Source: an uncultured Pseudomonadales bacterium
GTDB lineage: Bacteria; Patescibacteriota; Microgenomatia; UBA1400; PJMF01
Direction of reading: 5' to 3'
DNA length: 64,000 nt
Assembly: GCA_964502565.1 (NCBI GenBank)
Contig: CAZCXA010000002.1
Coordinates: forward strand, 648 to 64,647
The notes beneath the pieces were generated by a model that did no database searches, was not told where the DNA came from, and saw only the letters and a list, made by a program, of their open reading frames with translations. The translations under genes were made by a program, and so were the position numbers. Position 1 is the first letter of the stretch. Every line of letters begins with the position of its first letter. Of the stretch, positions 1-9,673 are shown in pieces.

Positions 1-7
1 TTGTCTT

Positions 8-682
8 TTAATTTGATCGAGTTGTCTTTCGAACTTGTTGGGCATTTTTATCTCCAAAATAAGGCACTCTAACTGTCATGTTAGCTCTTAATGTTTGTAA
101 AGTGATTCTATCTTGAATATTAAAGTTTATTTCCTCAACTATAAACGCTCTACGATATTGATGTAAACCTTCCACAAAATTTTTAATTGACGGATAATCT
201 CCCATGACTTGAAAAGTAAAGTATAAATCGATTCTAGTGAGTTGATCTGTGTTAAACCCTTGAGCCTTTTTTTCCTCAGGCACGGCCGATGTTTTTAAAG
301 AACTGATGATTACTCTGTGTTCTGAGGCAATCTTTTCTACAGTCTTTAATGATCTGACCAATTCTGGCTGAGAGGTGATGGCTTGATCCAGATAGATAAT
401 TTTTTCTTTGGATTGATTAAACTCTTCTTGCGCCGTGGCTAATGAGGTTATTTTTCTTTGTAGTTGTTGATCCAGCTCTTGCTTATCATCAATCTCCTTG
501 ATCAAATCAGCAATGGTTACCAGGGTGGGACGAATAACAAAAACACCAAAAAATATAATTAAAAACAAGGATAGAAAGATCTCTAAAGAGACCTTGGTGA
601 CAGGATTTTGATAAAACTTGGTTAGGGTCGTAAGAAGTTTTTTTTGTTGCGGACTCGGCATAATTATATGATTAAGAATCAA
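8..682 (-). CDS. Type IV pilus assembly PilO-like protein
   Basis: N-terminal TM helix, coiled coil, C-terminal 'V.GDY..IKNFVEGL....RAFIVEEI' PilO-type motif. Lies directly downstream of a PilN-like gene. True start may be the Met near 662. Confidence 0.7.
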   Translation of the reverse strand: MILNHIIMPSPQQKKLLTTLTKFYQNPVTKVSLEIFLSLFLIIFFGVFVIRPTLVTIADLIKEIDDKQELDQQLQRKITSLATAQEEFNQSKEKIIYLDQAITSQPELVRSLKTVEKIASEHRVIISSLKTSAVPEEKKAQGFNTDQLTRIDLYFTFQVMGDYPSIKNFVEGLHQYRRAFIVEEINFNIQDRITLQTLRANMTVRVPYFGDKNAQQVRKTTRSN

Positions 683-763
683 AAGATAAAAATAAAAAGC
701 ATATCTGGCGATAAAACTGGTGTGGCAAATTTTTCACTATTTAATCTTGAGTTTTTACTTTTT

Positions 764-1309
764 TTATAATTTAAACTTCACACTAAAGTTAACCGCAAAC
801 CCAGCAACATTATCCTCTGTGGTTTCAATTCTATTAACCACAATATCGTGAAAGTTTGGTGACAACTGCAGGTTGCTAATAAATAAATTTAAAGCATTAT
901 TAGAAAACGCTAAACCTTCGCCAGTGATTACTCCAGGCTGAACAGTTAAAGTATTGAGAAGAAACTCGTTGGGAACTACTTTTTGCAGTAAAGGAAAAAC
1001 CTCAACCAAGTTACTCTGCTGATCAATTTCCTGATAACTTTTAATCTTGGCTTGCGCTAAACGAAACTCACTTTCAAACTGGGACTGCGACTCGATCATC
1101 AGCTGTTTTTGATAAATTTGTTTGTTGAGATCAGTAATCCGTCGGTCAAGAATAAACCGTGAGGCAAAACTAATTATAACCATCACTTGAGTAAATATCA
1201 CGATATATCGACCCGCATTAATCGACCAACCCATGATTCTACCTAAGCTGGTTTTGAAAAAAGGATCCTGAGGAAGAAGGTTTATTTTATATTTAACAGG
1301 CTTGGGCAT
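764..1309 (-). CDS. Type IV pilus assembly PilN-like protein
   Basis: N-terminal 'INLLP' motif (PilM-binding motif of PilN), TM helix, coiled coil, 'G.A.S....N.FISNL..SP.F' C-terminal domain. Confidence 0.75.
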   Translation of the reverse strand: MPKPVKYKINLLPQDPFFKTSLGRIMGWSINAGRYIVIFTQVMVIISFASRFILDRRITDLNKQIYQKQLMIESQSQFESEFRLAQAKIKSYQEIDQQSNLVEVFPLLQKVVPNEFLLNTLTVQPGVITGEGLAFSNNALNLFISNLQLSPNFHDIVVNRIETTEDNVAGFAVNFSVKFKL

Positions 1310-1476
1310 AGGCAGAAAAGAGTGGCTAGCATTGCTATAAGTATATCGTAGAAAAACTAAAATGTAACCTAAATGTTAAATATGTCTGTCAAGTGGTAAA
1401 AACTTAATCAAGTTCTTAACTTGGTTGTAACTTTTGAGTTATCTTTTAATTTAAAGTTTAGACTTTCGAGTTTCTC

Positions 1477-3174
1477 TTATATCTCTTCCCCATCTGAGCC
1501 TGTATCAATCCATACTTCTTTGCTTTTTGACAATAATTTTTGTCCCTTGTTAAATCTTTTTAACAAAAATGTAAACATTTTTAACTCTTTTACATCCAAT
1601 AAAACAGAAAAATAAACATAAACCAACAATCCTATGGTTGTTGTAACTACGGTTAACGCAATGAGCTCGATTGTTTTACTCGTGTCAAAAATTAACTCAT
1701 CAAAAATTCTAAAGGGTAGATAAAGAAACACTGCCATTAAAAAAGAGCAACACAGAATTTTTAACTGAACAATGATAAACTCTCGGTTAAAAAATAAATT
1801 TTTTGCTTTTTTCTCTAAAAAAATAAAAAATAAAACCGTTTCCAATATGGCGGTAACGGTTGTTGCCCAAGCAACACCGATGATTGACGTTTTTAAAACA
1901 AACACCAACAGCCATGACATTAATAGATAAATCACGGTCGAGATCGCGGTAATAATAAACGGTGTTACTGTATCTTCAAGCGCATAAAATGCCCTTATCA
2001 AAAGCTGAGACATTGCTTGCAGGCTGATAGAGATCGCAATAATTGCCAGTACTCGACTTGTCATTACTGTTGCTTGCCAAGGAAAATTTTGCGCACCAAA
2101 CACTAATCTCACGATCGGAATTCTTAAGATAAGCAGTAGCACCCCGGCAGGCATCGCTAAAAAAGCAATTTGATTAATCGATTGAGTCACCAAACCCTTA
2201 AACCTTTTTATTTGTGACAAACTTGTTTCTTCTGACAAGAACGGCAGAGATGCCTGGCTAATAGGTACTCCAAATAAGCGAACTGGAATAGCCATTAACT
2301 TTAAAGCCAACCTAATCACCACAAAACTCAAGTTGCCAATGCTAGTCGCAAAAAAACCTAAAGCCAGGTTTTTTAGCTCGCTAATACCAGTCGTCATTAC
2401 TCTGGGGGGAATTAAAGAAAAAATTTCCTTAATCCCGGGATGCTTAAAATTAAATCTAAACTGGAACTTAAAACCTAAGCGAAACACAAAAGGTAGTTGA
2501 ATGAGCATGTGCAAAAATGCTCCTAAAATAACACCTAAACCTGCAGCATAGATCCCAAACTGACCTTTAAAAAGAAAAACGCCCAAAATTATGCCAAAGT
2601 TATAAAGAATCGGAGCAATCGCTGGCACGATAAAACGTTGATATGACTGCAAAATACCAGTGAGAAAATTTGAGATAGCAAAGAAAAACTGCGCAAAAAG
2701 CATCAATCTAGTTAAGTTGGTAGCAATGCGGATTTGTTCCGCAGTAAAGGCGTTTCCTGTTCTGGCAACCGTGATCGGTTCTGAAAAAATAAATACCACT
2801 ACTGAAACCAAGGCAAACACTAACAGTAAGATATTAATAACACTGGAACTAACCTTAAAAGCTTCTTGTTCATCCTTGGCTTTATATTTAGTAAAGATTG
2901 GAATAAAAGCGGCTGATAAAGCACCGATAACAATCAACTGAAAAAGCATGTCTGGTATCTGGAAAGCTACTTGTAAAGCTTCATATGCCATGCGACTCGC
3001 CTCGGTGTTAAAAAAGGCAGAAATCAAGAACCTTTCTCTGACCAATCCAGATAAAGAAGATAAAATATTAGCCGTGGTGATAATCAAGGCAGCGGACAAG
3101 ATCGAGCTTTGCTTTTTTTCTAGCCACTTAGTATTGCGAAAAAAAATCTTGGTAATCTTTTTAAAATGAAACAT
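1477..3174 (-). CDS. murJ: Lipid II flippase MurJ (MviN)
   Basis: 'S.LSGLVRE...', 'AFQIPD', 'GALSAAFIPIF', 'RAFYA..DT.TP' motifs; many TM helices. Confidence 0.92.
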   Translation of the reverse strand: MFHFKKITKIFFRNTKWLEKKQSSILSAALIITTANILSSLSGLVRERFLISAFFNTEASRMAYEALQVAFQIPDMLFQLIVIGALSAAFIPIFTKYKAKDEQEAFKVSSSVINILLLVFALVSVVVFIFSEPITVARTGNAFTAEQIRIATNLTRLMLFAQFFFAISNFLTGILQSYQRFIVPAIAPILYNFGIILGVFLFKGQFGIYAAGLGVILGAFLHMLIQLPFVFRLGFKFQFRFNFKHPGIKEIFSLIPPRVMTTGISELKNLALGFFATSIGNLSFVVIRLALKLMAIPVRLFGVPISQASLPFLSEETSLSQIKRFKGLVTQSINQIAFLAMPAGVLLLILRIPIVRLVFGAQNFPWQATVMTSRVLAIIAISISLQAMSQLLIRAFYALEDTVTPFIITAISTVIYLLMSWLLVFVLKTSIIGVAWATTVTAILETVLFFIFLEKKAKNLFFNREFIIVQLKILCCSFLMAVFLYLPFRIFDELIFDTSKTIELIALTVVTTTIGLLVYVYFSVLLDVKELKMFTFLLKRFNKGQKLLSKSKEVWIDTGSDGEEI

Positions 3175-3388
3175 AGTACATGATTAAAAATGAGCTCAAA
3201 TCATAAAATGCCTCTATAGTCGATAACTTGCAATAATTTTATTTATCAAGAACAAGAATAGCATAAGTTTCAGTACCATTATCAAGAATAAAATATAGCT
3301 TAATTATAAAAAAAACACAGCTGTAATAATAGTGTTGTCCAATGAGCTAAAAGGCTGTCTCACTCATGGTATTAACCCTTGAGCTTTG

Positions 3389-4045
3389 CTAATAGTAAGC
3401 AGAATGGAGTTGTATTTCTTCATTATCAACTATTAAATATTGAGCCAGTCCATGATCAATTAAACCTGTATTGATAAATTTATTTGCTGTATCAAGCTCG
3501 GCAGCATGGGTGTGAGCGCAGATTAAAAACTCATTTTTTCTTAATCTATTTTTTATCTTGCCCTTGATCTCTTTATTATAGACTCGATAATGAAGTTTAA
3601 TATAATTGTTTTTAAAGAGAGTTAACAACCTTCTCTCATGAGTCATGAGAGCTTTTAAAACAAATAGTGGCAGTTTTATTGGGTGAAAGATCCGATTAAA
3701 AAACGGATTAAATTGATGACCGTGAACGATAACAAAAACCAACTCACCTACATATAAACGGTGACGCATTTTTTGCTCAACAGAAAACATATTTACCCTG
3801 TCATCGCTTAAATTTTTCTTGTCATGATTGCCATAAATATAAATCGTTTGCTTGGCTTTTAATAAAGGAAACAGTTGCTTCCAGTCCGAGTTAATAAAAT
3901 CATCAAACGGAAAAAGTAAGCCTTCCCAAAAATCACCATTAATAATAACTTGATCTGCCGACTGAATAATCTCTAGCAAAAACTCAAATTTTTTTAAATC
4001 AAACCGAGGCGTTAGGTGTAGATCTGAAATTATTAAGGTTTTCAT
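3389..4045 (-). CDS. Calcineurin-like metallophosphoesterase (LpxH-like family)
   Basis: DLH, NGD, GNHD, HGH and AHTH metal-binding motifs. Confidence 0.85.
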   Translation of the reverse strand: MKTLIISDLHLTPRFDLKKFEFLLEIIQSADQVIINGDFWEGLLFPFDDFINSDWKQLFPLLKAKQTIYIYGNHDKKNLSDDRVNMFSVEQKMRHRLYVGELVFVIVHGHQFNPFFNRIFHPIKLPLFVLKALMTHERRLLTLFKNNYIKLHYRVYNKEIKGKIKNRLRKNEFLICAHTHAAELDTANKFINTGLIDHGLAQYLIVDNEEIQLHSAYY

Positions 4046-4245
4046 AAAAAAATTTAAAACAGCGATTTAAAAGATTGCATAAAGCCACACACTCATTCAA
4101 TTTTTTCTACCAGGCAAGCGGTTGCAATTTTTACCTTTGCGTTTTGTTCTCTTGCCTAGTATAATTCAACAAATCTGTTGCTTGTTTAGATGAATACAAG
4201 CCTCTAGTATAAAACATAAAATTATTATTAACCAGTGAAAATATT

Positions 4246-4488
4246 ATGCCAATCTTGGCCAATGCAAAAAAAGCTCTGCGTGCAAGTAAGAGAAAAGCTC
4301 AAGTCAACCAAAGAGTTAAATCTCGTGTAAAAACTGCTCTTAAAAAAGTAAGCGTAGAAGCAAAAGCAAAAAACATTCAGCAAGCACAGTCAGCAATTGA
4401 TAAAGCGGTTAAAAAAAATGTTTTTCACAAAAACAAGGGTGCACGTATCAAAAGTAAGATCGCAAAAAAGTTAGAAATTAAAGAATAA
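4246..4488 (+). CDS. rpsT: 30S ribosomal protein S20
   Basis: 'ANAKKALR...N...KSRVKTA..K...AQSAIDKAVKK.V.HKNKGARIKS'. Confidence 0.95.
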   Translation: MPILANAKKALRASKRKAQVNQRVKSRVKTALKKVSVEAKAKNIQQAQSAIDKAVKKNVFHKNKGARIKSKIAKKLEIKE

Positions 4489-4568
4489 ATAAGGACTTAG
4501 ATTGCTAGTAAGTGTGTAACACTTTTGCGTACACCTTTAACTTTTTTTACATTTAAACCTCTCCAGCA

Positions 4569-6362
4569 ATGTCCGCAACTCAATACAACCCCTCCCAGGT
4601 GAGAAATTTTTCCATTATTGCTCACATTGATCATGGTAAAACCACCTTAACCGATCAATTTCTTAAAATCACCAAGACCGTTTCAACCAAAGATTTAACC
4701 GAAAGAATGATGGACTCTAACCCCATTGAGCAGGAAAAAGGAGTCACCATAAAACTCGCGCCTGTACGTATAAACTATAAAAACCACATCTTAAATTTAA
4801 TTGATACACCCGGACATGTGGATTTTGGCTATGAGGTAAGTCGTTCTCTACAGGCATGTGAGGGCGCGGTTTTGCTAGTGGATGCCAGCCAAGGCGTGCA
4901 GGCCCAAACCCTAGCCAATCTTGAAAAAGCAAAGGCTCAAAACTTAAAAATTATCCCTGTCATCAACAAGATTGATCTACCAATTGCTGATATAGAAACA
5001 ACCTTGTTGGAGATGATTGATAATTTTGGCATTAAAGAAGAGGATGTAATTTTTTGCTCGGCTAAAACAGGACAAGGAGTAACCGAGATTCTAGACAAAA
5101 TCATCCAGGTCGTGCCCCCACCTCAAGATACAATTAATAAACCTTTGCGTGGCTTAATTATCACCTCTCAGTATGACAATCATCAGGGCGTGGTGGCTTA
5201 TACTCGCATTTTTGATGGGTGTCTTAACCACTCTGATGCCCTAAGTTTATTTTTTAGTCAAACCGATTTTAAACCTCTGGAGATTGGTCTTTTTACACCA
5301 AAAAAAACTCCAGTAGAGCAACTTAAGGCTGGTGAGGTCGGTTATATTGCTACTGGCTTAAAAAACATTGAGTTGGTTAAAACTGGAGACACCATCACTC
5401 ATCAAAAAACTAAAAAACAGATCAGCGCTTTACCTGGATATAAAGAGCCTACTCCCATGGTATTTATGGAACTTTATCCTGTTGATAGTAATTATTTTCA
5501 TGAACTCAACTATGCGATTGACAAGCTTAAGCTACATGATGCTGCCCTCACTTATAAGCCCACTCATTCTAAAGCTCTAGGCAACGGGCTGAGGGTTGGT
5601 TTTTTAGGCATTTTTCATGCCGAGATTGTTAGGGAAAGACTAAAACGGGAGTTTGATCAAGATTTAATTGCCACCGCGCCTTCAGTAAAATACAAGATTA
5701 AAAATAAAAAAAACGAAACTGTTATTATTGAAAATCCCGGTGAGTTACCTGATCCCAGTCAAATCGATCAAGTTTTAGAACCAATGGCGCGGTTAAAGAT
5801 CTTTACTCCAGCTAAATACTTGCCTGCGATTATTGAGTTCACCGGTCGACGACGAGGGAGACTACTAAACTCTGCCAGCAGTGGCTCTCGTTCACGGCTT
5901 GATTATCTTATTCCTCTGAGTGAACTTATCTATAATTTTCATGATAACTTAAAGTCTCTTACTTCTGGATTTGCCTCTCTTGAGTACACGCCGGTTAATT
6001 TTGAACCGGTTGAGGCGGTGAAGGTCGGTGTGTTGGTTAATAAAGAACCGGTTGAGGCGTTAAGTTTTATTGCTCTAGCTGAGGATGCTGAAGAAAGGGG
6101 TCGAAAAATTGTCCAAAAGTTAAAAGAGGTTGTGCCTCGACAAATGTTTGAGATCCCGATTCAAGCCACGATTGGTGGCAAGATTATTGCTCGTGAAACT
6201 CTTAAAGCATATCGCAAAGATGTCACTGCCAAGTTGTACGGAGGCGATGTCACCAGACGCAAAAAACTACTGGCAAAGCAGGCAAAAGGTAAGAAAAGAA
6301 TGAAACAGTTTGGAGAGGTTGAGTTAAATCAAGATGCGTTTTTAGCAGTGCTGGAAAGTTAG
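4569..6362 (+). CDS. lepA: Elongation factor 4 (LepA)
   Basis: 'RNFSIIAHIDHGK', 'LIDTPGHVDF.YEVSRSL', C-terminal 'RKDVTAKLYGGDVTRRKKLL'. Confidence 0.97.
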   Translation: MSATQYNPSQVRNFSIIAHIDHGKTTLTDQFLKITKTVSTKDLTERMMDSNPIEQEKGVTIKLAPVRINYKNHILNLIDTPGHVDFGYEVSRSLQACEGAVLLVDASQGVQAQTLANLEKAKAQNLKIIPVINKIDLPIADIETTLLEMIDNFGIKEEDVIFCSAKTGQGVTEILDKIIQVVPPPQDTINKPLRGLIITSQYDNHQGVVAYTRIFDGCLNHSDALSLFFSQTDFKPLEIGLFTPKKTPVEQLKAGEVGYIATGLKNIELVKTGDTITHQKTKKQISALPGYKEPTPMVFMELYPVDSNYFHELNYAIDKLKLHDAALTYKPTHSKALGNGLRVGFLGIFHAEIVRERLKREFDQDLIATAPSVKYKIKNKKNETVIIENPGELPDPSQIDQVLEPMARLKIFTPAKYLPAIIEFTGRRRGRLLNSASSGSRSRLDYLIPLSELIYNFHDNLKSLTSGFASLEYTPVNFEPVEAVKVGVLVNKEPVEALSFIALAEDAEERGRKIVQKLKEVVPRQMFEIPIQATIGGKIIARETLKAYRKDVTAKLYGGDVTRRKKLLAKQAKGKKRMKQFGEVELNQDAFLAVLES

Positions 6363-6443
6363 CAAACTAAAAAAATCAAGCAATGCTATAATAAAGTTAT
6401 CATAAAATTAAAGTTCGTCATTTTTTCATTTTAAACTCTTATC

Positions 6444-7310
6444 ATGTCCATCACTATTTTTAGCCAGGATAAACAAAAAAAACAAGACAGTAATCTGGAA
6501 GAAACGACCGAGCACGCTTCTGAAAATATCTCGAACAACACCTTTCTTGAAGAAAAAACCTTGGATGATTTTAACAGTGATACAAACATTTCTACTGAGA
6601 GAACCGATGATTCCTTACCACCCGCTGAGATTATTAAAGAAACTCTTAATCTAGAAAATGAGCTGAAAGAAACCTCTGAGGCTGAGATAAGAAACAATAT
6701 TAATAAAGCCAACAGTCTTTCCCACACTATCAAACAAGAACGCTCAACTCGTAAAAACCTAGTGTCGTTTGCTCCCAAGCCAATTAGAGCCAAGTTTGAC
6801 TCTCAAATGAAGGATGAGACGATTATCTTGATGCTTAGACAGCATCCGATTACACAACTGGGCAAAGTCCTGATTATTATCATCGGAATATTTTTCCCGA
6901 TTTTTCTTTTGACAACACATATTTTAGAATTTTTACAACTAAACTATAAAATCGCAGCAATTATAGGTTGGTTTTTATTATTATCTGGTTTTACTTTAGA
7001 AACATTCTTAAACTGGTACTTCCATGTTTTTTTTATTACCGACCGCAGAGTTATTGATGTTGATTTTGAGTCAATGATTTATAAAGATGTTTCAACAGCC
7101 AAGTTAGAAAATATTCAGGATGTAAGTTTTATTACCACCGGGACTTTAGCCTCATTGGTTGATTATGGGACAGTCTTTTTACAAACAGCTGGCTCTCAAG
7201 CTAGAATAGAGTTTGAAACTGTGCCTCATCCCGCAAAGGTGGTTAAGATTATTAATGAGTTAATTGCCCAAACAAGAAGAGGAACATATCAAAAACGAAG
7301 AATGGGTTAA
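6444..7310 (+). CDS. Membrane protein with bacterial PH-type domain
   Basis: Acidic N-terminus, two TM helices, 'ITDRRVID', 'IQDVS....G.LAS.VDYGTV.LQTAG' bPH-like motif. Confidence 0.65.
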   Translation: MSITIFSQDKQKKQDSNLEETTEHASENISNNTFLEEKTLDDFNSDTNISTERTDDSLPPAEIIKETLNLENELKETSEAEIRNNINKANSLSHTIKQERSTRKNLVSFAPKPIRAKFDSQMKDETIILMLRQHPITQLGKVLIIIIGIFFPIFLLTTHILEFLQLNYKIAAIIGWFLLLSGFTLETFLNWYFHVFFITDRRVIDVDFESMIYKDVSTAKLENIQDVSFITTGTLASLVDYGTVFLQTAGSQARIEFETVPHPAKVVKIINELIAQTRRGTYQKRRMG

Positions 7311-7416
7311 AAATATTAATCAAGCAAAAAAAACTTTTACATCATTTTATTAAAGAAGATAAAAGTGAAAAAAGCTCAGGAAATAATTTGCCGGTTTTTA
7401 ATTTTCACTACTTAAT

Positions 7417-7665
7417 ATGAACGACTTTAACTCAATCCTTGTCATTGATAACTTCGACCTCGGTAAAATTATTCACTTGGTTGAAAAGTCTTTTTTTATC
7501 ATCGGGATCTTGCTTTATCTCATTTTTGCAATCGTGGTAGTGCGCCAAATATCAATCATGAAGAAAACAATTATTACTGATCTTTTGCCCACCATTACCT
7601 TACTGGGTTTAGCTCACTTAATCCTCACCGTTATTGTGCTTGTTGGCTTTTTACTGTTTTTATAA
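7417..7665 (+). CDS. Small two-TM membrane protein (CPR-type hypothetical)
   Basis: 82-aa ORF with two hydrophobic helices and 'Y.IFAIVVVRQI..M'. Confidence 0.65.
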   Translation: MNDFNSILVIDNFDLGKIIHLVEKSFFIIGILLYLIFAIVVVRQISIMKKTIITDLLPTITLLGLAHLILTVIVLVGFLLFL

Positions 7666-7710
7666 TTTTTTTACGGTTGAAGATCCTCACCGCTAACTAA
7701 AGCCTGCCAC

Positions 7711-7855
7711 AAAAAAAGCGCTTTATTCTGGCCTCGACCTATCTTCACACTCAGTCTCCCGAGTATTATTGTCAGCGCTAAGGCGTTTCAAGACTCTGTT
7801 CGGAATGGGAAGAGTTGGTTCCACCTCGCTCCAGAGACCAGAATAAAACGCTTTT
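7711..7855 (-). terminator. Extended stem around 5S followed by U-tract (rRNA unit end)
   Basis: AAAGCGCTTTATTCTGG (~7715-7731) pairs imperfectly with CCAGAATAAAACGCTTT (~7838-7854); A7 on the plus strand gives a 3' U-run on the minus strand. Confidence 0.5.
7726..7843 (-). rRNA. rrf: 5S rRNA
   Basis: Reverse complement contains 'CCCAUUCCGAAC'; terminal helix TTCTGG../..CCAGAA; lies downstream of 23S. Ends approximate. Confidence 0.9.
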
Positions 7856-8285
7856 AATTTTTAAAGTGAATCTTTACATTTTACAATAGCGTCCGAAGTA
7901 AGTCTTGCTTCAGCCAGACAACAAGGTAGCTATGAAAAATGTAAAAAATGTTCACTCTGTAACAAGTGAAGAAAACAAGGCTTCAATAGAACAAGTAAAT
8001 TCAATTAAATGTGTTCAGTCGACGATTAGTACAGCTAGGCTTAGTATCTCACGATACTTACACCGGCTGTCTATCAACGTGGTGGTCTACCACGTGTCTA
8101 ATGGAGATGATTAATCTTGGAGAAGGTTTCTCGCTTAGATGCTTCCAGCGATTATCCCGTAGGAATGTAGCTACCCTGCGCTGCCCTTGACAGGGACAAC
8201 AGGAACACTAGGGATTCCCTCACTTTGGTCCTCTCGTACTGAGAGCAAAACTCCTCAATCATCTAACGCTGACGGCGGATAGAGG

Positions 8286-8325
<40 letters not shown>

Positions 8326-8382
8326 GCTTTAATTGGCGAACAGACAAACCCTTGGGACCTTCTACAGCCCCAGGATGCGATG

Positions 8383-8681
8383 CACATACTCCACTATTAC
8401 TAGCGGTGTAGACTATATCATCATCCAACTTTGTTAAAAGTTGGAGTTCGGCGTATTATAAAAAGCCTTATTTTAATCATCAAATAACTGATAATTAATG
8501 CTTTCTATCTTCGTCTTTAATCAAGATTAAAGACTCCAGTCGTTACAGGGTCAATCCAGTTAATTAAATTAATAGGACGACTTCCCACGGTATTGCCCTC
8601 AAACCCAGATTTGGTGTAGGGGTTCACCGTTATAAGCCGAATTTAGCCTTTTAGATCTCTCTAAAAGGGGCCCTTCATTTG
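8383..8681 (-). ncRNA. Group I intron in 23S rRNA (about E. coli position 2511), no ORF
   Basis: Interrupts GUCGGCU|CAUCGCAUCC; 5' exon ends in U and intron ends in G; core elements 'AAUACCGUGGGAAG', 'GUAACGACU', 'GAUAUAGUC'. Confidence 0.88.
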
Positions 8682-9253
8682 AGCCGACATCGAGGTAGCA
8701 AACCACGCCGACGCTAGGGACGCTTAGGCGTGATAACTCTGTTATCCCCAGGGTAGCTTTTATCCGATAAGCCCGGCACCTTCCACAAAGTGCACGGGGA
8801 TCACTATAACCTGCTTTCGCATCTGCTTGGCTCGTATGCCTCACAGTTAAGCACCCATATGCTATTGCACTTACAGCCTGATTTCCATCCAGACTAAGGG
8901 TACCATTGCGCGCTTGCGTTACCTTTTAGCAAGCAACCTCCCCAGTTAAACTATCCACCTGACATTGTTCCTGACCAAGTTTGCATTGGCCTTAGGTTAG
9001 ATGCTCTATAGAAAACGAGTGGTATTACATTGTTGAACTATGCCCAAGGCATAACTCTCCCACCTATTCTAGACAATCTTATATAAAGCACCAGTGTCAA
9101 GCTATAGTAAAGCTCCATGGGGTCTTATTGTCCTGCCGTCAGTAGACCGCATCTTTACGGCCATTTCAATTTCACCGAGTACCAGTTCAAGACAGTATTC
9201 CGCTCGTTAAACCTTTCGTGCGCGTCACCAATTAAGTGACAAGGTACTTCGCT

Positions 9254-9673
9254 CATAAATTCTATAATTTAGAATCCGGTTGTTATTTTATATTTCTATA
9301 AAAGTATGATCGATTTACATACACTCATAGTCGCCTATGAGATCGGACTATCTCTTCTCTTAATCAAGAGCTTGACGTATAGTCTCTGAGGATTTCTAAT
9401 CAAGTTAATATCCCAACTCATGTAGGTTTTATTTAAACCTTGATGAGTCTTAAATAGATCTTTCCTTGAGTAGATCTTTCCTGCTGATTGTCTGCACTTG
9501 AGTCATTTTTACGCAAAGTTATTATTGTTAATATATGTTGCTATCTAATTTATATTGCTAAACTAAACCTCAGCTTAAGCATCTTTAGCCTAAACATCTT
9601 AAATAAATTACGTAGATCAAGATTCTCAGATTTTCCAGCATATAGTCAAGTTTTACTAAGGCAACGAGTACTT
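9254..9673 (-). ncRNA. Group I intron in 23S rRNA (about E. coli position 1931), no homing endonuclease ORF
   Basis: Interrupts CUAAGGU|AGCGAA; IGS GCCUUAG pairs with exon CUAAGGU; P 'UGCUGGAAA', Q 'AAUCAGCAGG', R 'CUCAGAGACUA', S 'AAGAGAUAGUCC'; ends in G. Confidence 0.92.
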
